The translations under genes were made by a program, and so were the position numbers. A stretch of 5,052 nt of DNA from a virus: IMG/VR virus record IMGVR_UViG_3300045988_005550. The stretch is one strand, 5' to 3'. The notes beneath the pieces are model-generated. The model searched no databases. It had not been told where the DNA came from and worked only from the letters and a program-made list of their open reading frames with translations. Each line of letters starts with the position of its first letter. Positions within the stretch are counted from its first letter, which is position 1. Below, in pieces: positions 1-4,833 of this stretch.

Positions 1-99
1 CTTTTTTTTATCTATAGCTATGGATTTTTAGATGTCATCAGTTAATCGTTCTACTCAGCATCTGTTCTCTCAGATTCCTTCAACTCAGATTCCTCGATC
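1..99. repeat. Terminal redundancy, copy 1. It is identical to 4954-5052, which implies a circular 4953-nt genome.
   Basis: Base-by-base comparison: c1 t2-t9 a10 ... c99 matches c4954 t4955-t4962 a4963 ... c5052. The offset is 4953 throughout and I found no mismatch. Confidence 0.95.
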
Positions 100-1702
100 G
101 GTCTTTGACCGTTCTCATGGATATAAGACAACTTTTAATTCTGGTTTTCTTGTACCCTTTTACGTTGACGAAGTTCTTCCAGGAGATTCGTTTAAGCTGA
201 CTGCTACTTTGTTTGCCCGTTTGGCTACGCCGATCGTGCCTTTCATGGACAATCTCTATTTAGAGACTTTCTTCTTTTTTGTTCCTAATCGTCTTGTTTG
301 GGATAACTGGCAAAAGTTCAATGGTGAGCAGAAAAATCCTACCGATCCTACGGATTTTTTGATTCCTACGGTTTCCGGCACGAATGTTCAGAATCAGACC
401 TTGTGGGATTATTTCGGTCTTCCGACCAATGTCAATAAAGCTTTGAAAGTAAATGCGCTTCCTTTCCGCGCTTACAATCTCATTTTCAATGAGTGGTTTA
501 GAGACGAGAATCTTCAAGAATCTTTGAAAGTTCCGACTAACGACGGTCCTGACAATTTGTCTGACTACAACTTGGTTCGTCGCGGTAAGCGTCACGACTA
601 TTTCACGTCATGTTTGCCCTGGCCTCAGAAAGGTCCAGGCGTAGAGATTTCGATTGGTGGTCAGGCTAATGTTTCTGGCTCTTTAACTTCTTGGCCCGAT
701 TCTATTTCGTATTCCATGACTGCGACGGAAGGCGCTACCGTTAATCCTTCTGTTGTTTCGTTGAATCTTTTCCCTCAAACGATGACTTCCGGTACTGGAA
801 GTTCGACGTCTGCCTCTTTTGCTCAATCTCAATTTTTAGGTTCAGGGTTTCAAGTACATACGACCCGCGGTAATGTTTCTGTGACTGCTACCCGTGGCGA
901 TCTTGGTGGTTTTGGTTTTTCTGGTAAGGCTGATCTTTCGTCTGCTTCGCCGATCTCTATTAATGATCTTCGTCAAGCCTTCCAGATTCAAAAGCTCTAT
1001 GAACGCGACGCGCGCGGCGGTACGCGCTACACAGAGATCCTTCGCTCGCATTTTGGCGTGGTCTCGCCTGATGCTCGTCTCCAGCGCCCTGAGTACCTCG
1101 GCGGCTCATCTGCTCGTATTTTGATCAATCCCGTCCAACAAACTTCAGCAACGAATGAAACGACCCCTCAGGGTAATTTAGCCGCTTATGGTGTTGCTTC
1201 GGATAGTTTTCATGGCTTCTCGAAGTCCTTTGTCGAGCATGGCTACGTTTTCGGCTTTGTGAATGTCCGTGCTGATTTGACTTATCAGCAAGGTCTGAAT
1301 CGCATGTGGTCGCGTCAAGGTCGTTTTGACTTTTATTGGCCTGTGCTTGCTCATCTTGGCGAACAAGCTGTTCTCAATAAAGAGATCTATGCGCAAGGCA
1401 CTGCTGATGACGATAAGGTTTTTGGTTATCAGGAGCGTTATGCTGAGTATCGCTACTATCCTGGTCAGATTACTGGCAAGTTCCGTTCGACTGATCCTCA
1501 GCCGCTCGACAGTTGGCATTTAGCGCAGAATTTCAGCTCTTTGCCAACGCTTTCGCGGCAATTCATTGAAGATAATCCGCCCGTTGAGCGTGTAATCGCC
1601 GTTCAGAATGAGCCGCAATTCTTGTTTGACTCGTATATTCGTTTGAAGTGTGCTCGTCCGATGCCTGTTTACTCGGTGCCTGGATTGGTTGATCACTTCT
1701 AA
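32..1702 (+). CDS. VP1: Major capsid protein VP1 (Microviridae F-type jelly-roll capsid, gokushovirus-like)
   Basis: 556-aa ORF. It carries blocks typical of gokushovirus VP1: SVFDRSHGYKTTFNSGFLVPFYVDEVLPGDSF, PFMDNLYLETFFFFVPNRLVW, KRHDYFTSCLPWPQKG and INDLRQAFQIQKLYERDARGGTRYTEILRSHFGV. Codon third positions are T-rich. The stop is TAA at 1700-1702. Confidence 0.95.
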   Translation: MSSVNRSTQHLFSQIPSTQIPRSVFDRSHGYKTTFNSGFLVPFYVDEVLPGDSFKLTATLFARLATPIVPFMDNLYLETFFFFVPNRLVWDNWQKFNGEQKNPTDPTDFLIPTVSGTNVQNQTLWDYFGLPTNVNKALKVNALPFRAYNLIFNEWFRDENLQESLKVPTNDGPDNLSDYNLVRRGKRHDYFTSCLPWPQKGPGVEISIGGQANVSGSLTSWPDSISYSMTATEGATVNPSVVSLNLFPQTMTSGTGSSTSASFAQSQFLGSGFQVHTTRGNVSVTATRGDLGGFGFSGKADLSSASPISINDLRQAFQIQKLYERDARGGTRYTEILRSHFGVVSPDARLQRPEYLGGSSARILINPVQQTSATNETTPQGNLAAYGVASDSFHGFSKSFVEHGYVFGFVNVRADLTYQQGLNRMWSRQGRFDFYWPVLAHLGEQAVLNKEIYAQGTADDDKVFGYQERYAEYRYYPGQITGKFRSTDPQPLDSWHLAQNFSSLPTLSRQFIEDNPPVERVIAVQNEPQFLFDSYIRLKCARPMPVYSVPGLVDHF

Positions 1703-1706
1703 GGAG
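1701..1706 (+). promoter_or_regulatory. Shine-Dalgarno AAGGAG serving the 20-aa micro-ORF. It is the best SD match I found in the genome.
   Basis: AAGGAG at 1701-1706 overlaps the VP1 stop and sits 5 nt upstream of the ATG at 1712. Confidence 0.6.
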
Positions 1707-1711
1707 TTGTT

Positions 1712-1774
1712 ATGGCTTTAGTTATTTGGCTTGCCGTTGTTGGTACTGTTGTTATCTTTGCTTTAGGACAGTGA
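1712..1774 (+). CDS. Hypothetical 20-aa hydrophobic micropeptide (MALVIWLAVVGTVVIFALGQ), a predicted single membrane-spanning segment
   Basis: Hand translation of ATG 1712 to TGA 1772-1774. A strong AAGGAG lies at 5-nt spacing. The ORF fills the VP1-VP2 gap almost exactly: 9 nt after the VP1 stop and 1 nt before the VP2 ATG. 11 of 20 third positions are T, as in the core genes. There are no charged residues. Confidence 0.55.
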   Translation: MALVIWLAVVGTVVIFALGQ

Positions 1775-1775
1775 T

Positions 1776-2399
1776 ATGGGTTTCGGTTGGGCTGAAGCGA
1801 TAGGTAGTGTTGCTAATTTAGGTAGTTCTGCTATGGCTGCTTATTTTGGCTGGAAGCATCAGAAAGAAGTTATGCAAAATCGGCATCAATGGGAAGTTGC
1901 TGATATGCGCAAAGCAGGTCTTAATCCGATACTTTCTGCTACTGGCGGCTCTGGTGCTCCTGGCAACGCACCTACGATCGTTGCTCCTGATCTCGCTGGA
2001 GCGATGAAGTCTGGTGCTGAAGCGTCAACTCAGCATTCTGAGAAGAGTTTGAAAGATGCTCTTGAGAAACAGACTTACGTTCAGAATTCTGCTCTGCAGG
2101 CTGATGCAGGTTTGAAACGCGCTCAGTCTGTTGCTGCTGATTCTTCTTCAAATTTGATGTGGTCTCAAACTAAAGGACAGGAGATTGCTAATAAGATTCA
2201 AGAAGAGAATTTGAAGCAAGCGAAATTTATGACTCAGAATTCTGCTATTGCTGCTGAGAAGCAAAAGATGTTTTTTGATTACATGCGTGATCATTCCTCT
2301 GCTTGGAAGTTTGGTCAGTGGATGGGTCTTGTTAATCCGTTTAACAATACTTCCTCTGCGGCTACTTCTGCTGTAGGTGCCGCTCGTCTTGCAAAATGA
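1776..2399 (+). CDS. VP2: Minor capsid / DNA pilot protein VP2 (phiX174 H analogue)
   Basis: 207-aa ORF directly after VP1. The Gly/Ala-rich N-terminus and the MRKAGLNPILS motif are typical of gokushovirus VP2, and the C-terminal half is helical and Ala/Gln/Lys-rich. AGGA at 1765-1768 lies 7 nt before the ATG. Confidence 0.85.
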   Translation: MGFGWAEAIGSVANLGSSAMAAYFGWKHQKEVMQNRHQWEVADMRKAGLNPILSATGGSGAPGNAPTIVAPDLAGAMKSGAEASTQHSEKSLKDALEKQTYVQNSALQADAGLKRAQSVAADSSSNLMWSQTKGQEIANKIQEENLKQAKFMTQNSAIAAEKQKMFFDYMRDHSSAWKFGQWMGLVNPFNNTSSAATSAVGAARLAK

Positions 2400-2494
2400 T
2401 AGATGCGATTCTTAAGTTCGTTAATGTTTTGCTGAATTCTGGTTCAGCGATCTGGGAGGCCTTCAAGGCCGTTAAGAAGCTTTTTAAAAAGTGA
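2396..2494 (+). CDS. Hypothetical 32-aa amphipathic, C-terminally basic peptide (MIDAILKFVNVLLNSGSAIWEAFKAVKKLFKK)
   Basis: Its ATG (2396-2398) overlaps the VP2 stop TGA (2397-2399) in an ATGA arrangement, which suggests translational coupling. It ends at TGA 2492-2494, 7 nt before the next gene. It has no independent SD, and third-position T bias is only moderate. Confidence 0.4.
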   Translation: MIDAILKFVNVLLNSGSAIWEAFKAVKKLFKK

Positions 2495-2501
2495 GGTTTA
2501 T

Positions 2502-2621
2502 ATGTCTCGTCGTCATAAGCTTTCTCGTAAGGCATCTAAGCGTATTTTCCGTAAAGGTGCATCACGCACGAAGACTTTGAATACTCGTGCTACGCCTATG
2601 CGTGGCGGTTTCCGTATTTAA
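2502..2621 (+). CDS. VP8: Small basic DNA-binding / packaging protein (phiX174 J analogue; gokushovirus ORF8/VP8-like)
   Basis: Hand translation gives the 39-aa peptide MSRRHKLSRKASKRIFRKGASRTKTLNTRATPMRGGFRI. It has 9 Arg, 5 Lys and no acidic residue. The C-terminal MRGG-F-R-I resembles the MRGGIRF-type tail of chlamydiaphage ORF8 proteins, recalled from memory. GAGG at 2493-2496 lies 5 nt before the ATG. Confidence 0.8.
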   Translation: MSRRHKLSRKASKRIFRKGASRTKTLNTRATPMRGGFRI

Positions 2622-2696
2622 GCGTTAACCCTTGTTACCTGCCGCGGTCGTCATAGTTATCATTTTGAACATCTCAATTTCATTTGGAACTGCGCT

Positions 2697-2927
2697 ATGG
2701 CTACTGCGGCTTTTCGTTTGACTCTTAAAGACTTTGGCGTCTGCTGGCTTATCCCTGGCGAAGAAAGCTATGTTGGTCGTCGCAAGTTGGTGGCCTGGAC
2801 GCTTTATCGCGATCGCCCTTGGGTCGCTCTTTGTTCATTTCAGGTTCGTTTTCGCTCTTCTCGTGAGACGATTCTTCGTGAGCTTCATATTGCGTGTCTT
2901 GAAAAATGCCTTGCTTTCACCCGATAA
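2697..2927 (+). CDS. Hypothetical 76-aa basic, Cys/Trp-containing protein (orphan). Its 3' end overlaps the VP4 start by 22 nt.
   Basis: ORF from the track. By my count about 38 of 76 third positions are T, like the core genes, versus about 19 of 72 for the competing frame at 2734-2952. It occupies an otherwise unexplained 284-nt gap between VP8 and VP4. The SD is weak (TGGA, 8 nt upstream). I recognise no family motif. Confidence 0.45.
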   Translation: MATAAFRLTLKDFGVCWLIPGEESYVGRRKLVAWTLYRDRPWVALCSFQVRFRSSRETILRELHIACLEKCLAFTR

Positions 2928-3823
2928 CGGCTTATCGACTCGCCGGATCTAAGACTGAAGACGGTACTCGCAACGCTGTAACCTTTGATCCTTCGAAGGC
3001 TATTCCGTTTTCTGAGTTTAAGATTCCTTGTGGTCAATGCATTGGCTGTCGTCTTTCTAAGTCTCGTGAATGGGCCGCTCGATGTGTTGTTGAAGCTAAG
3101 TCACATAAGAACAACATGTTTCTTACGTTGACTTATGACGATGCTCACTTGCCTGAAGATGGCTCACTTCATTACGAGCATTTTCAGCTGTTCATGAAGC
3201 GCATGCGTAAATACTTCATGAGCCGTTTTGGTCAACAGCTTCGCTTTTTCATGTGTGGTGAGTATGGCGATAAGCTTGGTCGTCCTCACTATCACGCCAT
3301 AATTTTTGGCGTTACTTTTGTAGATAAACAGCTCTGGTCGATTCGTCGAGGCAATAACTTATATCGTAGCCGTACGCTTGAGAAACTTTGGCCGTATGGT
3401 TTTAGTTCGATTGGTTCAGTCAACTTTGAGACTGCCGCTTATGTCGCTCGTTATGTTACGAAGAAAATTACAGGTCCTTTGAAGCTTGAGCATTACGATG
3501 GTAAGGTTGCTGAATTTTGTCATTGCTCGCTTAAACCTGGCATTGGTCATGACTTTTGTGAAAAGTACATGACTGATATCTATACTAATGACCGTCTCAT
3601 TCTTAGCGAGAAGATAATGATGAATCCTCCGGCTTATTTTGATAAGTTGCTTGAGCGTTCTGATATCGTTCGTTATGAAGAGATTAAGCGTCTTCGCGAA
3701 AAGCGAGGCCGTGACTTTGAAGATACTGGAGAGACTTCTCCTCATCGTCTTTCAGTTCGTGAACGCGTCCAAGAATTGAAAGCCGCTAAACTTAGACGCG
3801 TTATGGAAGAGAATCAATCATGA
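2906..3823 (+). CDS. VP4: Replication initiation protein VP4 (HUH-superfamily rolling-circle endonuclease, phiX174 A analogue)
   Basis: 305-aa ORF with the canonical N-terminus MPCFHPITAY. It has the Cys cluster CGQCIGCRLSKSREWA, motif 1 FLTLTYDD, the HUH motif RPHYHAIIFG, and the tyrosine motif AAYVARYVTKK. There is no recognisable SD before the ATG. Confidence 0.95.
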   Translation: MPCFHPITAYRLAGSKTEDGTRNAVTFDPSKAIPFSEFKIPCGQCIGCRLSKSREWAARCVVEAKSHKNNMFLTLTYDDAHLPEDGSLHYEHFQLFMKRMRKYFMSRFGQQLRFFMCGEYGDKLGRPHYHAIIFGVTFVDKQLWSIRRGNNLYRSRTLEKLWPYGFSSIGSVNFETAAYVARYVTKKITGPLKLEHYDGKVAEFCHCSLKPGIGHDFCEKYMTDIYTNDRLILSEKIMMNPPAYFDKLLERSDIVRYEEIKRLREKRGRDFEDTGETSPHRLSVRERVQELKAAKLRRVMEENQS

Positions 3824-4110
3824 TCCTTAAGGTATTTTCCGTTTTCGATTCGAAGCTTCAGGTCTTTAATACCCCTTTCTTTAGTCGTTCTGCCGCAGAT
3901 GCTTCACGGTCTTTTTCTGATCTTGTCCGCGATAGTCGCACTACAGTCGGTCAGCATCCTGATGATTTCTTTCTTTATGAGATCGGTCAGTACTCTGATG
4001 AGACTGGAGAGCTTGTAGCCTCTGCTCCGACACAGATTGCCGCCGCGACTGCTTTTGTTTCTACGATTGAGGGCCCCAAAGCGGCCGCGCCTGCTAAGGC
4101 CGAAGTCTAA
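3820..4110 (+). CDS. VP5: Non-structural protein VP5 (gokushovirus ORF5 family, proposed analogue of phiX174 protein C)
   Basis: 96-aa ORF. Its ATG overlaps the VP4 TGA in an ATGA arrangement at 3820-3823. The N-terminal pattern KVFSVFDSK...FNTPFFSRSAADASRSF and the later DDFFLYEIGQYSDETGEL match the VP5 pattern as I remember it. The position after VP4 is typical. Confidence 0.8.
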   Translation: MILKVFSVFDSKLQVFNTPFFSRSAADASRSFSDLVRDSRTTVGQHPDDFFLYEIGQYSDETGELVASAPTQIAAATAFVSTIEGPKAAAPAKAEV

Positions 4111-4126
4111 GTACAGACGCGGCCGC
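4081..4126. repeat. Pair of GC-only palindromes (GCGGCCGC, NotI-type) that can form a 9-bp intermolecule-free stem bracketing the VP5 stop codon
   Basis: GCGGCCGC occurs at 4081-4088 and 4119-4126. GCGGCCGCG at 4081-4089 is the exact reverse complement of CGCGGCCGC at 4118-4126. The 28-nt loop contains the VP5 TAA (4108-4110). Confidence 0.6.
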
Positions 4127-4147
4127 GACACGGAGATTCTTCTAATC

Positions 4148-4175
4148 AGTCCTTGCGTAGTGCGAGGACTTTTTT
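4148..4175 (+). terminator. Intrinsic-terminator-like hairpin plus T5 between VP5 and VP3
   Basis: AGTCCTTGCG at 4148-4157 pairs with TGCGAGGACT at 4161-4170, giving 10 pairs (2 of them G-T/G-U wobbles) and a 3-nt loop. TTTTT follows at 4171-4175. Confidence 0.55.
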
Positions 4176-4188
4176 ATATGGAGCTTAT

Positions 4189-4638
4189 ATGAAGTTCAAA
4201 ATTAATCACACAAACGCTACTGCCGAAGGCATTGTTTTTACTGAACCGTCGATGACTCAACAGCACTTTAAAGATGAGACCATGATTGACAACATCTTGC
4301 AAAAGTATGCTGAGACCGGTTTTTTGACTGATCCTTTTTCGCCGAAGCGTCCGATTCAGTTTGGTGATTTCTCTGGCGTAACTGATTTTCAGACTGCTCA
4401 GAATGCGGTTGCTCGTGCAACTGAGTACTTTGAAAGTTTGCCGTCGTATATTCGTTCTTCGTTCAATAATTCTCCATCTGACTTTCTCCAGGCGCTCAAT
4501 GACCCTGAGCAGAGAAGTAAGCTTGAGACGCTTGGCTTTATTGCTCCTGAGGAAACTAAACTTCCTGAGCCTACTGGAGAATCTAAGCCTGTTCCGACTG
4601 CAGAGGTTAAACCGTCTTCTTCTGACAACAACGGGTAA
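4189..4638 (+). CDS. VP3: Internal scaffolding protein VP3
   Basis: 149 aa counted from ATG 4189. GGAG at 4180-4183 lies 5 nt upstream. The motif TEPSMTQQHFKDETMIDNILQKYAETGFL matches the conserved T-x-Q-x-x-KDE-x-DIN-x-I-x-KY-x-x-TG block of gokushovirus or chlamydiaphage scaffold proteins, recalled from memory. The C-terminus is acidic and Pro-rich. The TTG start at 4153 in the track lies inside the upstream hairpin and is disfavoured. Confidence 0.85.
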   Translation: MKFKINHTNATAEGIVFTEPSMTQQHFKDETMIDNILQKYAETGFLTDPFSPKRPIQFGDFSGVTDFQTAQNAVARATEYFESLPSYIRSSFNNSPSDFLQALNDPEQRSKLETLGFIAPEETKLPEPTGESKPVPTAEVKPSSSDNNG

Positions 4639-4655
4639 TTACTAATAACCAATAT

Positions 4656-4676
4656 AAGGGATGGTTTCCATCCCTT
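4656..4676 (+). other. Perfect 9-bp hairpin located 18 nt after the VP3 stop
   Basis: AAGGGATGG at 4656-4664 and CCATCCCTT at 4668-4676, with a TTT loop. The 3' arm core ATCCCTT is repeated at 4681-4687, which offers an alternative pairing partner. Confidence 0.6.
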
Positions 4677-4688
4677 CAAAATCCCTTT

Positions 4689-4716
4689 GACCGTCCACTT
4701 GTGGCGGTCTTTTTTT
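4689..4716 (+). terminator. Intrinsic-terminator-like hairpin plus T7 downstream of VP3
   Basis: GACCG(T)CCA at 4689-4697 pairs with TGGCGGTC at 4702-4709, with one bulged T. Seven T residues follow at 4710-4716. Confidence 0.6.
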
Positions 4717-4729
4717 ATAGGTATCTCAA

Positions 4730-4745
4730 CGATTTGCGCACGGGT
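4730..4745 (+). repeat. Direct repeat copy A (CGATTTGCGCACGGGT), 3 nt upstream of the 16-bp hairpin
   Basis: It matches 4796-4811 at 15 of 16 positions; the single difference is T4734 versus C4800. It contains the palindrome TGCGCA. Confidence 0.8.
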
Positions 4746-4748
4746 ACA

Positions 4749-4789
4749 CACCGGAACCAGTTACTTACTTGATGTAACTGGTTCCGGTG
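4749..4789 (+). promoter_or_regulatory. Perfect 16-bp stem with a 9-nt loop (TTACTTGAT). Candidate plus-strand origin and Rep nick-site hairpin.
   Basis: CACCGGAACCAGTTAC at 4749-4764 is the exact reverse complement of GTAACTGGTTCCGGTG at 4774-4789. The loop at 4765-4773 contains ACTTGAT, identical to the core of the phiX174 gene A protein cleavage site (CAACTTG/ATATT, from memory). The structure is certain. The functional call is inference. Confidence 0.45.
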
Positions 4790-4795
4790 ACACCC

Positions 4796-4811
4796 CGATC
4801 TGCGCACGGGT
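4796..4811 (+). repeat. Direct repeat copy B (CGATCTGCGCACGGGT), 6-7 nt downstream of the 16-bp hairpin
   Basis: See copy A. The two copies are spaced 66 nt apart and bracket the hairpin. Confidence 0.8.
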
Positions 4812-4833
4812 TCCCAACGCACTGCTCGGATGT

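Noticed and set aside
20-31. Mini-ORF ATG-GAT-TTT-TAG directly abutting the VP1 ATG, and the 8-bp palindrome ATAGCTAT at 14-21.
   Set aside because: A three-codon ORF with no SD is most likely chance. The palindrome is short and AT-rich. Neither is distinguishable from background without comparative data.
1326-1523. +1-frame hydrophobic ORFs with mostly non-ATG starts: 1326-1523 inside VP1, 4403-4645 inside VP3, and 2734-2952 overlapping the 76-aa ORF and the VP4 start.
   Set aside because: A Leu/Phe/Ile/Arg-rich composition is what the +1 frame of T3-rich genes produces by default. There are no SD sequences. Two of the three begin with TTG. The 2734 frame has a much lower third-position T bias than the 2697 frame.
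2502-2927. The J-like ORF and the 76-aa ORF share one reading frame, interrupted only by TAA 2619-2621, and the frame is open throughout 2622-2696. This raises the idea of stop-codon readthrough or recoding.
   Set aside because: TAA also terminates VP1, VP5, VP3 and the 76-aa ORF itself, so it is a genuine stop here. The J-like protein ends in its characteristic C-terminal motif. The 25 intervening codons are too few to judge coding bias. I mention it only as something a proteomics experiment could exclude.
4153-4188. Extended VP3 start at TTG 4153, as listed in the ORF track.
   Set aside because: The extra 12 codons lie within the hairpin plus T5 element. ATG 4189 has a GGAG 5 nt upstream, and MKFKINH... 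is a more typical N-terminus.
260-4751. Minus-strand ORFs from the track: 260-595, 842-1051, 1178-1519, 3416-3745, 3904-4131 and 4398-4751.
   Set aside because: All lie antisense to confidently identified core genes. They have Arg/Ile/Lys/Ser-rich low-complexity products and no recognisable motifs. Known Microviridae encode all genes on one strand. They are best explained as antisense shadows of the T-rich coding strand.
4733-4825. The TGCGCA core in both direct repeats resembles the XerC arm of bacterial dif (GGTGCGCATAA). This suggests a dif-like integration site, as reported for temperate gokushoviruses.
   Set aside because: Only the 6-nt core matches. Neither copy is followed at the required 6-nt spacing by anything like the XerD arm (TTATGTTAAAT), and the candidate arms are not symmetric. 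The only TTATGTTA in the window (about 3451-3458) is inside VP4 and encodes part of the YVTKK motif. The host dif sequence is unknown, so this is unsupported rather than strictly excluded.
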